Part shown: positions 23,573 through 37,223 of the stretch, in pieces
Numbering within the stretch: the stretch's first letter is position 1
Layout of the letters: the number at the start of each line of letters is the position of its first letter
Source of the DNA: Blasia pusilla
Taxonomy: Eukaryota
NCBI GenBank assembly: GCA_050084515.1
Contig: CM114271.1
Location: 9,734,001-9,798,000 of the forward strand
DNA length: 64,000 nt
Direction of reading: 5' to 3'
Position numbers and translations under genes: made by a program
Notes under the pieces: model-generated
Told to the model about the DNA's origin: nothing
Seen by the model: only the letters and a program-made list of their open reading frames with translations
The model's database searches: none

Positions 23573-25427
23573 TTGAGACCGCCTGGTTCGTCTCCAAGTC
23601 TTCGTCCTCGTCCGAAGGCGAAGAGCAAGAAGAAGGAAAGGGACAAATTCTCCACTACGTCCCCTGCCAGTTCGCAGTCGGACGAAGAGTCGTCATGGGA
23701 CCCCTTTGGGGAGTCAGGGATCGAGGAGCCGATCAGAGCACCTCGGTCGGCACCTTTACCTCCTCCCTCTCGAGCATCAAGCCCGAGAGCCAGCAGGAGA
23801 GCAGTTCCCATGGCCAACACTAGAAAAACTCTGCTAAGGTACCCCACCTTTGCTGAGGGACGACGAGACGATGTGGATAACTTTGTTCTTGAATTCACCC
23901 ATGTCGCAAAAGCCAACGGGGAAGGGGCAGAGGAGGATTTGTTACAAGTCTTTCCGGGCCTGCTCAAGAAGCGAGCAAGCCAGTGGTACGAAGGTCTCGG
24001 AGCAAAAGTCACGGAAACCTGGAAAAGGGTCTTGGAATCCTTCCTATATGAGTTCCGCGACTTGGAGTTCGAGGACATGCTTCTTACAAAGCTTCGCGAC
24101 CTGAAGCGAAGAAAGAAGGAGACCCTCCGGGAATATACCCAAAGGTTCCGGAGCCTTGTGAATAAGCTGGAGCACACGACTACCTCCCAATTGGTAGATT
24201 GGTTCGTGTCCGGCTTGTCCAAAGAAATGGATCGGTATTGCCGGAGAGGCCAACAGGATTCCCTGGAGGCGGTCATAGCCTCCGCTGAGGCGTATGAAGC
24301 CTCAGAAAAGTCCCGCCAAACACGAAGACGGCGTCACCAATGGAGAGGGGCGTCGCAGACTAGTGCTTCGTCCGAAGACGAAGCGTCCTCCACAGACACG
24401 GAATCCTCTACGGAGGATTCGTCCGAGTCCTCGGACTCGGAGCAGGAGGTAAAAGCTAAAAGGAAAGGGAAGAGCAGGCATCATCGCTCCCCCAAGCACC
24501 AAGCGTCGTCCTCAACGGTCGGAAAGTCCAGTAAGAGGGACGGCAAGGAAGGCCGGCAAGTCGGCCATGGAGGAACTCAGTAAACAAATGGCTGAGTTGA
24601 AGGTACATCTGGAGGCCCAGAAGGACCCAAGGAGACGACCCGGGCTAATGAGGCCACCCATTTGGTGTAGTAGTTGTGGAACCCTGGGGCATACAGTACA
24701 AGAATGCCCTACTCTGAGGGATCTACGGTGGATCCAGGAAGAGGCCCCTATTGAAGAAGGATGGTATGAACCACAACAGTGGGAAGGGTGCTATGCCGTC
24801 CAAGCGGTGCCACCCCCAAACCTTGGGAGAAGCTGGATCACGCGGTATGTACCTCCGGAATTTGGAGAACAGAGACCCCTGAGACAGATTATGGGTGCGG
24901 CGGCCTTCACGCCACCCATCAAACAAAATTGTTGTTATAACTGCTGCGCAGCAGCCCATTGGGCCAATAATTGCCCAAACCCGAAGCGACCAGTGGGACT
25001 CAATCCCTTATGCGGGAACTGCAAGAAGGGCGGGCACACTGCCGTGGAATGCCTGGAGCCCAAAGTTCTGCGTTTGTTGGTCAGATACGTAAATACTTTA
25101 GCGGCTCAATCAGAGCCCAAAAATGATGTAAATGTACAACTGGTCCGGGTGGAAGAAGTAGTGTCCCCGAGACCAAAGCGAGTCACCATCAGTGAGGAAG
25201 ACTCGATCGAAGGGGCCAACGAGGAATCATCGGACTGGCCCAAAGAGTTCCAAGAAACTGTGTTTGCGGTCACCATGAGGTCGAAGAGTCAGACCGCGGG
25301 GATCCCAAAGGTAAAGAAGGGTGCTTCGTCTTCGCGCGAAGCTAAGGAGCCCAAGAACAAAGCTGTGAACACCTTACGTGCCGGGAAGGCCATCCTCAAA
25401 GGCGATGTGGACCCGGCCTTTGACTGA
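23573..25427 (+). pseudogene. gag: Gag with three CCHC-type zinc knuckles, frameshifted
   Basis: ETLREYTQRF capsid-like motif; CSSCGTLGHTVQEC, CYNCCAAAHWANNC, CGNCKKGGHTAVEC. Confidence 0.9.
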
Positions 25428-25556
25428 AGTCATCCGAAATACTTCCATCAGGATGTAGAGGACCAGATTCGTGCTCAAGTTTGTGAGGACCAGGAACCAG
25501 AGGGGAAACGGACCCCAGAGAAGACAAAGGCCAAACCAAGTACGACAGTCCAAGCC

Positions 25557-28500
25557 ATGGCAACATCACCGCTGGTCCTAGAAGCTTACGATTTACTGAG
25601 GGACTTGGCGTCAACCCCGGCCAACATAACCCTGCTACAGTTGCTAATGGATAACCCAATATACGGAAAAATCTTGCAGCAGTGGAAAATCAGCCGCAAA
25701 AGACCCAGGAAGTCGGCGAAGCATCTGCCAGTGGTGGATTTGTTCCGTATTGAAGTAGAAGACTTGGGAGCCCCAGAAGTGGAGGTGGAAATTGAGGGCC
25801 ATACTATTAAGAAGGTCCCCATTGATTCCGGAAGCGGAATCAATATTATGACGGAGCAAAAAACTCGGGCCCTAGGATACACGGTGTACGAGCCCACAGA
25901 CAAGTATTTGCGGTTTGCGGATCAATCCCGGAAGAGACCCCTCAGACAGCTCACGCAAATTCCGACCATGCTCGGGGGGGTGTTGTTTCTATTGGACTAC
26001 TTAGTCTTGCAGCCCTTGACCGCGACGGGCTATCCTTTGCTCATCGGAAGACCCTGGCTGTATGGCGCGAGGGTGACTACAGATTGGAAAAGGCGACGTT
26101 TCACGTTCCAGGCGCCGAATCAGGTCTCGAAGCGGCTCATCAAGCTGTCGTGGAAATCTCGACCACCCCAAGGAGAGACGCCACCGACTGACGACGGCTA
26201 TACGTCAGATCAAGACAACACCACCGCTATGGAGTCCTCGTCCCAGGTGTATTATTTAGAATGTTATGAAATAGACGAGGAGTCGGTACCCTCCAAGCCA
26301 AGGTCGACTCGAGAGGAAGAGAAGCTAGGTCATAGCACCTTCCAGTTTACATTCCTCCATGGATGAAATGACAGGCATTCCCGCACAATATGGTGAACAC
26401 CGAATTGATCTTAAAGAAGGGGCGGTCCCGGTGCGAATGCGACAATATCGACTGAATCCAAAGTACTCATTGTTAGTCAAGGACGAGATTGATCAGCGTC
26501 TCGAGGCAGGAATAATCTATCCGATGTTAAGCAGCGAGTGGGTGTCGCCCATCGTAATTGTGCCTAAAAATGGGCAAAATCCGAGTGTGCCAGGACTATC
26601 GCAATTTAAATGCTGCCACCTTAAAAGACCACCATCCTCTACCTTTCACTGACAGTATTTTGGATAAAGTGGCCGGGCACGAGCGTTATACTTTCTTGGA
26701 CGGATATTCGAGGTACAACCAGGTATCCATACAAGAAAAGGATCGTCCCCTCACAACGTTCACGACGGACTGGGGAACTTTCGCATATCGTGTAATGCCT
26801 TTTGGGTTGTGCAATGCCTCAGCTACTTTCCAACGGATGATGATCTCCATCTTCCAGGAGTATCTGCGGAAGTTCGTGGAAATCTTTTTAGACGATTTTT
26901 TAATCTTTAGCACGCAGGCCGAACATCTGGAAAAGTTAGAGTTAACACTCGCACGCTGTCGCGAAGTGCATTTGTCCCTTCATCCGGACAAATCATATAT
27001 CGCTATGAAACAAGGAATTCTGCTGGGACACCGAGTGTCGGCGCAAGGAATTGAGGTCGACAAGGCCAAGGTGGATATTATTGTCGCATTGGAACCACCT
27101 ACTAATCTCTGGGAATTGAGAGGATTCTTGGGACATGTCGGGTACTATCGACGGTTTATTAAAGATTACGCGGTAAAAGAGGGCGCTCTTACTGCATTAC
27201 TTAAGAATACCACCGAATGGGAGTGGACACCAGCGTGCCAAGTGGCATTCGACACCTTAAAAGACGCATTGCAAAAGGCTCTTTCCGGTCCCCGATTGGA
27301 CCAAACCCTTCCACGTATATGTGGACACATCCTCATTTGCCATTGGAGTAGTGCTCAGCCAATTGGATGAGCACAAACATGATTTTCCAATTTACTACGC
27401 CGGCCGACAACTATCGGCGGCAGAGCATAAATATACAACTACCGAATGAGAGGCGTTAGGCATGGTCTTCTCATGTAAAAAGTTCCGACACTATTTATTA
27501 GGGTACGAATTTGTCTTTCATGTGGATCATTTTGCACTCAGACCCTTAATGGTGAAAGCCGACCTGTCAGGACGCATTGCACGGTGGATCTTATTGCTAC
27601 AAGAATTCACATTCGATGTTGTGACCCGTGCCGGCAAGGTGCATACCAATGCCGATTTTCTTTCCCGGTTGAGGATGACAAACGCGGACCTCACCCAATC
27701 TGTCGATGATACCTTTCTCGATGAAGATCTGTTCCAGATAACAGAGGAACGGTTGAGCCAGTCTTTTTATGAGGATATTCTACGGTTTCTAATGACTCTA
27801 CGACTTCCTACCCCGATGACAGCGGAAGAACGCGCAGTTTTTTTACATCGGATAGGCCCATATGAGATCTGTCAAGGGGTCTTATTCAAATTAGGTGCTG
27901 ATGAAAAGCATCGAAGATGCTTGGAAGTCAAGAGGTTCCCAGTCATCGAGCCCTGCATATGGCTGATTCCGGTGGACACTATGCGGTAAAAAATACCGTT
28001 AAGAAAATTTTGGCCGCACGTTATTGGTGGCCGACCATGTACAAAGACGTAGGTAATTTTATTCGGAGTTGTGATGCCTGTCAAAGGGCAGGTCGACCCA
28101 CGGCGACTACGTGGTGGCCTTTGGTCCCCATCATGCCCCTAGCTCCTTTTGAAAAATGGGGCATTGACTTCGTGGGCCCTATCTCCCCGGCCACTCGCCA
28201 AACCCGGCAGAAGTATATTCTTATCGCGCGTTATGGCTGTCCGTTGGAACTAGTAAGTGACCGTGGAACGCACTTCCTGAACCAGACTATTGAGTCTCTC
28301 ACTTCCCACTTTCTCATTAAGCATCGGAAAACCACTCCCTACAACCCTAAAGCCAACGGGTTGACGGAAAAATCTAACGGCCTCATTTGCGAATATTGAA
28401 TCGCTTAACGGTAACATATTCCTATGATTGGGACACAAAAATTGCCCCGGCATTATGGGCGCATCGAGCAGATTGAGAAGGTGGCGACAAAATACACCCG

Positions 28501-28911
28501 TTCTTCCCGACTTATGGCGTACATCCCTTAACACCTATTCAATGGGCATTGCCCACTTATCGGGTATTGAGGGAACAAGAACGGAGGTGGGGGGCGGTTA
28601 TCGAACACAGGAATGAGACCCTAGTGGAGTTGGAAGAGGCACGCATGCTCGCGTTACGCCGGACAGCCCAAGTGCAAAAAGAACGTAAGAAACGTTACGA
28701 TCGACATTTCCGGCCACAATCTATCAGTGTTGGAGACTTAGTGCTATTGTATGATAACCGGCGACTAAAGTTCCCCGGAAAATTAAAATTAAATTGGATG
28801 GGACCTTACCGGGTATTGGCCATCTATGATAATGGATCCCTACAATTAGAAACCTTACAGGGAGAATCCCTGCCCACGCAAGTCAATGGCATGCATGTGC
28901 GCCGGTATTAG
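25557..28911 (+). pseudogene. pol: Pol (protease, RT, RNase H, integrase), frameshifts and small deletions
   Basis: IDSGSG; MPFGLCNA and FLDDFL; FRHYLLG; GGH...CDAC, WGIDFVGP, VSDRGTHF, ANGLTE, WMGPY. Confidence 0.93.
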
Positions 28912-28965
28912 GAGCCCGAACTTGAGGATAACTGAAACAGGAGGAAGGGGGTAGGCGAACGCCCC

Positions 28966-29072
28966 GTGCTTCGCGAAGCCGCGAAGCACCGAAGTTCAAG
29001 ATATGCGTGCTTCGCGAAGCAGCGAAGCACCGAGGTTCCAGACATCCCATGCTTCGCGAAGCAGCGAAGTGC
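28966..29072. repeat. Three ~42-bp tandem units containing the palindrome GCTTCGCGAAGC, just after pol
   Basis: GCTTCGCGAAGC(A/C)GCGAAG at ~28968, 29009, 29051. Confidence 0.85.
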
Positions 29073-29246
29073 AGGAAGTGAGGGAGGGGGAGCGTGGCAA
29101 AAATGCGAAGTGCCCACCTTCTTGTTACAGCCCTGGCGCCACGACCAAGAACGGACAGGGGGAGCGGACTGTAAGAGCAGTCCGGCGTAACCAAGCGGGT
29201 ATTTTCATGGACAGGATCACCACAAAGTTGCATAGCAGGCCAAAGC

Positions 29247-30271
29247 TGTCGCGACCCTCATAACCAAACAACACCAAATACGCGCCAAGCGAAACATCAG
29301 AACTCAAAGGAACTCACGCCGCGAGGTTTGCGCTTTGGAGAGGCGTTTGGAAGAGTCTCTTGGAAAAGTCTAAGAGACGAAACGCGGAACAGAGTTGTGC
29401 GTTTCATGCGTTAGTGGTCGCAACCAGGAAACCTAGACCAAACGCGAGCCGAGACTTGAGATGAGTTGAGTCTTGGAGGTTGGTTGCCAAAGAGGTGAGA
29501 ACCAGTTTGGAACGCGACTAGCGTTTGGGAGAATCTGACTGTGTTTAGGACCATAACATTGAGCTCCGAGATGCGTTCGGGACAAGTAAGGGCGCGTTGG
29601 AAAGCTGATTTTGAGACGCTTCCAACGCATCAAAGATCTCAGCAAACTCATAAGTACAGGCTGAGATATTGGCCGAAAACGATTCAGAGAGCAATCGGGT
29701 TGAGGGCCAATTGGAGGGGCCCGGGTGTCTTTCCCTAAATGTAGGGGGCCCCCGGAGATCCCCAGAAGTACTAGTAAGGGGAGTACCTTCTCTGAGATGT
29801 CTCGAGAAACAAAACCCCACTTTGGGCGCCAAACGGCGTTTCAGAGGCACGGGATGAAACGGGAGTTTGGCGCGGAAACCCGAAACCCAAACCTGATCCA
29901 AGGGAGTGTACTTTGTACGCCACACTTGGATTCCAACCCGAGATTCACTTTGTGCAAGTCTTGGTGAGGAACTCATTGGATGTTCATCGGACAATTGGAA
30001 CCGCTAGGCGCGAAACGCCGTTTCAGGTTCCTGAACCGACCAGAAAGTCTGTCCCAAGTCTTTCGAGACTTGCCCGTGTTGGAAACCGCGAAACTAGGAA
30101 GGTTGAGCTTGAAGAGAGAGTCCGAGACGAGAACTTGGAAAGTAATCCCGCTGATTGATCCAAGACCCGACTAACCGGTGCGTGTTTGGATGCGATCAGC
30201 GTGAGAGCGTGACCATCAACGACGCTTCGCAACAAACAAGATTAACGTTCAAGGAGAGTAGGCGCACGACA
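29247..30271 (+). mobile_element. Chromovirus solo LTR with 5-bp target-site duplication
   Basis: AAAGC|TGTCGCGACC...CGCACGACA|AAAGC (29242-29246 and 30272-30276). Confidence 0.96.
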
Positions 30272-30305
30272 AAAGCGGGGTGTCCATCGAGATCAACCTA
30301 GCAAC

Positions 30306-31980
30306 ATGCCTTGCGAAGACTCCACACCCATTCAGCAAAGCGCGGCGATGCCGATGGTCAAGCATCACCGAGCGATCGGGTTACCGGAGGAGCGATCGTT
30401 GGCAACTTTCTTTCAAGCCAATTGGACCTTGACATCCGGAGAACTCCTGGGCGAGCTTCGCTCTGCGTCTGCCGTCGCCAAGTTTTGAAAGAAGGGTCTT
30501 CGGTATCGAGCTCAACCCCAACACTGGACATTGGATGACTGGAGAACAACTTATCTGCTCCCGGCTGCGCCAGAGTACGAGTATGACACGGAGTTGCTAG
30601 TAAAGCATGAAGATCTTTCAAAGACTCGGCCGTGTGTGTCAACCGAAGCGCTGGCGGGAACGGCTACAAGGCTACGTCACTCTTTCCGCCCGTCTTTGGT
30701 CAGTTTTGCAAACATTTGATGACTCTGTTTTATCCCGCTCGTTCTTACTATCTGACGAACAAGCTCTTGAAGATGTGCTACATCATCTGGAATCAGCACC
30801 TGGAACCCGAAGCCCCAGGAGTCGACTTTGCTGCTTTTGTGGAAGGGCACGTACGAGGAATGGTGGACGTGCTTCATCCAAGCACGAAGTCCTTCCTATC
30901 TCCTTTCTTGATCCATCTTTATATTCACAAGCAGGAATTGACTGCAGAGGAGGCGTTAGATTGGTCGCAAGTGACCCCCGTCCGACTACCACGAAAAGGC
31001 GGAACTAGTACCATGGGTAGCCACGAAGTCACCATGCCCTCCGAAGCACCTCAGCAACATCCTCATACTTTGGCTTTGAAGAAAGACGAAGATACCAACG
31101 AAATGCCTCAGCCAAAGCGAGGCCGGGTCAATTTTGAAACACCCTTGGCCCCAGAACCCGTCAATCAGGAGGATCCCGACGAGACCCCGCGGGCAAGGGA
31201 TCATCAACTTGCACTTCGTCTCATGTCGCAGACGGCAGACGACATGATGTGGTTCTTGCAATTAGCAGTTTCCGTCATGAACCAGCTCCAGCATGTTCTC
31301 CACCTAGAGGATACAGCGTCCGTGGACGATTATTTAGAAGGCCTGAACGACCTCAACTGTAGGGCACAAGCTTCATCGGACCACGAAGCACAGCGTCGAG
31401 TAGCAGAAACGAATCTGCACTTACGGGATCAGGAACTCGAAGACACGAAGACCACGCTTCGCAAAGCTCAAAGCGACTTGGTCGATGTCGATCTGGCACT
31501 AACGCACGCCAATGGGAAAGTTTGGCGATTAACCTCGAATGTGGGGCGGATCAGTTAGCTTCGCAAATCAAGGAAGCTTCGCACCTCATTGACAAGTATC
31601 GGCATCAAATACGGCGTGTTCACACCGAATTCAAGAAGTTGGCGATCCATCATGCTGAGTCTTCGAAGTTGCTTCAAGAACATCAAGAAGCGAACAAAGA
31701 CTTACTGGCGCAGTGGTCGGAGGCTACAGGGAGGATCGCAGTATTGGAGGCAGAGAAGCTACTCAACAAAGCCCAGATGGACCCGGAAGATGTCAAAGAG
31801 CTAGTCGACGAAGCAAGCAAGAATTTCGAAGAACAGATGAACGAGGAAATCGACTACATCAACAAACATTGGAAGCGCCAATTTGACAATCATACCAAGT
31901 CTCTTCCAGAAGTTGTAACCACTCTTTTGCTTACTCTTGAAGAATTACCAGCATTTACTCCATCTGATGTCTTAGTTTAG
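30306..31980 (+). pseudogene. Extra 3' ORF of the Athila-like element (globular domain plus long coiled coil), frameshifted; probably starts upstream of the solo LTR
   Basis: ORFs 30306-30488, 30531-30719, 30632-31558 and 31522-31980 chain together between integrase and PPT; heptad-rich C-terminal half. Confidence 0.7.
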
Positions 31981-32187
31981 AATGAAGTTCTAGGGAGTAA
32001 CTTAGTTGTTAACAAGTCGCGAGAAAGAATGCGCAATCATACCCCTAACATTATCAACAAACCTTCTACGATTCACGGCCGTTTTGTGCCTACCCCTGAA
32101 TTTGATAGTTTAGACGACACTTTTATGGAGATAGGAGACACATCATGAAGTGTTCGCCGGGGCGGCTCACATTTGAGGGAGGGGGTA

Positions 32188-33365
32188 TGTGATACCCACA
32201 ATTTTGTACTTTGGAAGAAATGTATCTTTTTATTGAACAAAGACTCTTGTATATTATGGTTTGGATTATTATATGCAATTATGGAGAAGAACGAATAAGA
32301 TTCAAGTGAATCACGAAGCTCCTAAGACAAGGCAGAGAGATGGAAGATCAAGGATTTGCCTTAGAGGAGAATCAAAAGCCGTAACGAAGTATAAAGGATC
32401 AACGCAAAGCTTAGCGAAGCTCAACGAAGCTCTGTATACGAAGCACTTCGCTCTTAAGCGAAGCACGAAGAGCGAAGCACGAAGAGAATGAAGAATGAAG
32501 AACTTCGTCCTCCGCAAATTTAGCGCAGCAAAGCTCAGCATGATTGTGATTCGAACCGGCACATAGTTAAAACAGTTAGACTAGGAAGGGGCGCGACCCT
32601 TTGTATCAAATTGGTAGTTAGAACAATTTTTTACCGCGGATTCACAGGGATCATAGGAAAATGAACGCACACCATAGATCTAGGTAGTTACAGATATTGA
32701 AGAGACACCAACTTCATCAAGAACGCTTCGGATCATAGAAACGCTCCTACTCTCGAGAATATTTAAGAAACAGGACAGAAGCTATCATTGTCATTCGCTC
32801 ATGAAGTCCTTATGCTGTAGGAATGGTCCGAGCATCTCGAGCTTGTATATACATTGAAGTCTTCCAATTCTTGATGGAGTAGTAAAGCACTCATTCATTC
32901 ATTCTGATGTGCGATACTTATGTCTGAATATTCTTTTTGGGTCTGCCGAGTGAAGAATGAATCAGGTGAACCTTTCTCATCCATGGAATAATCAACATAG
33001 AGTTGTATGAAATCTGTTTGACAGAGAGTAACCTGCCCAGACGGATTAAGTTCCGAAAGTAGGAGAAGCCAACTTTATTCTTGAGGTCTGTGTGAGGTTC
33101 CGAGATGTCGAGAGAACAAATTGCCTGAGCGTACTTTAAATTCCACTCAAGAGAATTGACGAAGAAAACATAGGTACTAAAAAGGATCGGAAGATATTAC
33201 TGGAATACTACATTTGAATTACATAATCAATCACACTACTTTTACAACATAATAATCACTTTATACTCTCTTTTCATCCAACAATGATCCTCTTGGGGAT
33301 CGAACTCTACAATTGGGTACAATAAGAAACACTTAGACATAAATAAGAAACACTTAGACATTACA
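32188..33365 (+). repeat. 3' LTR of element A1 (~1.18 kb)
   Basis: PPT GAGGGAGGGGGTA then TGTGAT...ATTACA; 3' part matches 22616-23032. Confidence 0.93.
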
Positions 33366-36300
33366 TATGGATACTTGGTTATAACCTGAGTATCCATCCA
33401 AAAAAGTATAACGCTCGTGGCCGGAAACTTTATCCAAAATACTATCAGTAAAAGGTAGAGGGTGATGGTCCTTTAAGGTGGTCGCATTCAATTTCCGGTA
33501 ATCCTGGCACACTCTAATTTTTCCCGTTTGTTTTTTGGGTACAATCACAATGGGAGACACCCACTCGCTACTTAACGCTGGATAAATTATTCCTGCTCCG
33601 AGATGCTGGTCAATCTCGTCCTTGACTAGTAACGAGTATTTTGCGTTGAGGCGATACTGCCTCATTCGTACAGGTACCGCACCTTCTTTGAGGTCAATTC
33701 TGTGTTCACCATACCATGCTGGAATGCCTGTCATTTCATCCATGGAGTATGCAAACACATCCAAATACTCAAACAACAATCTTTTATACTTCAGGAGTTC
33801 GGTGGGCGACAAATATGCCGAGAGGCGTAAAGACTTCTGATCTGTAATTAAGACTGGTATGTTGTCATGTTCTTGACCCATACTCTTTGTAAACTGGAAT
33901 GTGCTATGACCCAGCTTCTCTTCTTCTCGGGTCGACATTGGTTTGCTAGGTATCGACCCCTCGTTATTTTGTAACATTCTAAATAATATACATTGGACGA
34001 GGACTCAGTAGCTGTAGTTTGCTCTTGGTCTGATGTATAGACCTCGTCGATTGGTGGCGTTTCTCCTTGGGGTGGTCGTGATTTCCATGACAACTTGATG
34101 AGCCGCTTGGAGACCTGGTCCGGAGCCTGGAATGTGAAACGTCACCTCCCCCAATCAGTCGTCACCCGCGCACCATACAACCAGGGTCTTCCAATGAGCA
34201 AAGGATAGCCAGTGGTTGTCAGGGGCTGCAAGACTAAGTAGTCCAACAGGAGTAGCACCCCCCCGAGCATGGTCGGGATCTGAGTGAGTTGTCCAAGGGG
34301 TCGCTTCCGGGACTAATCCGCAAACCGCAGATACTTCTCGGTGGGCTCGTACTCCGTATATCCTAGTGCCCGAGCTGTCTGTTCTGTCATAATGTTAATT
34401 CCGCTTCCTGAGTCAATGGGCACCTTCTTAATGGTGTGCCCCTCAATCTCCACCTCTACCTCTGGTGCTCCCAAGTCTTCCACTTCAATACGGAACAGAT
34501 CCACTACTGGTAGATGCTTTGCAAACTTCTTGGGTTTTTTACAGCTTATCTTCCACTGCTGCAAAATTTTGCCGTACACCGGGTTATCTATTAATAATCG
34601 CCATAGGGTTATATTGGCCGGGGTGGACGCCAGGTCCCTGAGTAGGTCGTAGGCTTCTAAGATCAGTGGTGACGTCGCGATGGCTTGCACTGCCGGAGTC
34701 ATTCCGATTCTCGTCAGCTCGGGGATCTTCCTCCCTTCTGGTCCCTGGTCCTGGCGCACTTGAGCCCGAACCTAGTCCTCGACATCCTGATGGAAGTACT
34801 TAGGGTGACTTCGATCGAAGGCCGGGTCCACATCGCCTTTTAGGATGGCCTTGCCGGCGTGGAAGGCGTCGACACCTTTCGTCTTGGGGTCTTGAGCTTC
34901 GCGCGAAGACAAAGCACTTTTCCTTGCCTTGGGGGTCCCCGCAGTCTGGCTCTTGGACCTCGTGGTGACATCCAGAACGGTTTCTTGGAACTCTTTGGGA
35001 CAGTCCGATGATTCTTCGGTGTCCGCTCTGTTCGAGTCTTCCTCTCTGATAGTGACTCGCTTTGGCCTGGGGGACCCTAACTCTTCCACGCGGACGAGTT
35101 GTACATTTACATCATTCTTGGACTCTGGTTGGGCTGCTGGAGTGTTGACATATTTTACCAACAATCGCGAAACCTTGGGCTCCGGGCATTCCACTGCAGT
35201 GTGCCCGCCTTTCTTGCAATTCCCGCACAAGGGATTGAGTCCTACTGGCCGCTTTGGGTTTGGGCAATTATTAGCCCAATGGTCAGCCGCACCGCAATTA
35301 TAACAACAATTCCTTTTTATGGGTGGCTTGAAGGCCGCCGCGCCCATAATCTGCCTCAGGGGTCTATGTTCCCGGTATTCCGGAGGTACATATTGGGTGA
35401 TCCAACTTCGTCCGGGATTTGGTGGTGGCACAGCTTGGATGGCATAGCACCCTTCCCACTGTTCGGGTTCATACCACCCTTCTTCTGTAGTGGGATCTTC
35501 CTGGATCCAACGTACATCCCTCTGCATGTGGCATTCCTGGGCAGTATGCCCTTGGGATCCGCAGGTACTGCACCAAATGTTGGGCCTCATCACACCTGGT
35601 CGTCTTCTGGGGTCCTTCTGGGCCGCCGGATGTACCTTCAATTCTGCCATTTGCTTACTCAACTCTTCCATGGCCGACTTGCCGACCTTCCTTGTTGTCC
35701 CCCTCACTGGACTTTCGGACCGCTGGGGAAGGTGCTTTGTGGGTCGGGTTTTCCTTCGGTGGTGGGAGAGTGGTGGCTCGTGCTTTTTCCTTTCCGTTTA
35801 GAATTTACATCTTGTTCCGAGTCCGAGGACTCCAAAGTATTCCCCATAGAGGATCCTGTGTCTGTGGAGGATGCTTCGTCCTCTGACGAAGCACTAGTTT
35901 GCGACGAACCTCGGCATTGGTGACGCCGTCTTCATGTTTAACGGGACTTCTCAGAGGCTTTGTAAGCCTCTGCGGAGGCTATGACTGCTTCTAGGGAATC
36001 ACGTTGGCCTCGCCGGCAGTACCGGTCCATTTCCTTGGACAGTCCTGACACAAACCAATCTACTAGTTGCGAGGTAGTGGTGTGTTCTAGTTTATTCACC
36101 AGGCTGCAAAACCTTTGTGTGTACTCCCGGAGAGTTTCCTTCTTTTTCCGTTTCAGGTCGTGAAGCTTCGTAAGAATCCTTTCCTCGAACTCCAGGTCGC
36201 GGAACTCATGTAGGAAGGACTCCAATACCCTCTTCCATGTTTCTGTGACGTCCGCTCCAAGACCCTCGTACCACTCGCTTGTTCGCTTCTTGAGCAAGCC

Positions 36301-36600
36301 CGGAAAGACTCGCAACAAGTCCTCCTCTGAACCTTCCCCATTTTCCTTGGCTACATGAGTAAATACCAGCACAAAGTTGTCCACATCATCTCGCCGTCCT
36401 CTGGCAAAGGTGGGGTACCTTAGCAGCGTCTTCCTAGTATTGGCCATGGGGAATGGTCTGCTACTGGGTCCTGGGCTGGAGGCTCGGGAGGGAGGAGGTA
36501 GCGTCTCTGCTCTAGTTGATTGGGTTGGCCCCGCGTCCCCTGACTCTCCAAAAGGGTCCCAGGTTGACTCTTCGTCCGACTGCGAACTGGCAGGGGACAT
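33366..36600 (-). pseudogene. gag-pol: Gag-pol 5' portion of A2
   Basis: ORFs 35938-36600, 34772-35707, 34313-34759, 33354-33977 match A1 Gag, PR and RT. Confidence 0.9.
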
Positions 36601-37223
36601 AGTGGAGAGTTTGTTCCTGTCTCTCTTCTTGCTCTTGGCCCGGCAAAGATTTAAGACCGGGAGACAACCCAGGAGGTCTCCAAGCCGGGTGATCTTCTTG
36701 TTGCTTACTCCGTCTATCGGCTTGCTGATCTCGCGAAGAGGGCCGGGAGCCTTCCATGAGCCTGTTCTGGGATCCGGGAAATTGCTTCCGCACCCACGGT
36801 CGCAAAAAGGTAGGGGTCCATGGAGGGAATTTAAAGGTTTCTACTTCCTAAGGCTACAAAAGTGTGCAAGGTGCTCTTAATCTTCCTGCCAGGTTTTCCT
36901 CCCATAAACAAAAGTACCGGGTCATCACCAAGTACAACTGACGTTCATGGGCGGAGCACCGTTCGGCGACTGGTTTATTGACAAGGCTAATTAATTGTTC
37001 TATCTTTTCTAGCACCAATGCAGCAAATCTGTTGTTATCTTCTTTCATCCATTGTCTGAGGGGAATAGCTAGAGATATCATATGGTCTTCAGTAAGAACT
37101 AGCTGGTTGGGTCTGACAAGAGACGAGGCTTCTTTCCCCGTTCCCGGATTCCCCATGTATCTCTCTCCCTTTTCAGTAAAGAATATGATCCCTGGCAGCG
37201 GCGCCAAAAAGTTTCTTGCTATA

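Larger units (their letters stand above)
22616..33365 (+). mobile_element. Athila-like Ty3/gypsy element A1 (5' LTR truncated), carrying a chromovirus solo LTR
   Basis: 5' LTR remnant 22616-23032, PBS 23050-23067, gag-PR-RT-RH-INT order, extra 3' ORF, PPT 32175-32187, 3' LTR 32188-33365. Confidence 0.93.

Noticed and set aside
23449-24276. Long antisense ORFs over gag and gene B (also 35099-35923, 46151-46777, 14897-15529)
   Set aside because: Shadows of the sense coding frame with no independent motifs
30306-31980. Retroviral env gene
   Set aside because: No evident signal peptide or transmembrane helix; called only an extra ORF
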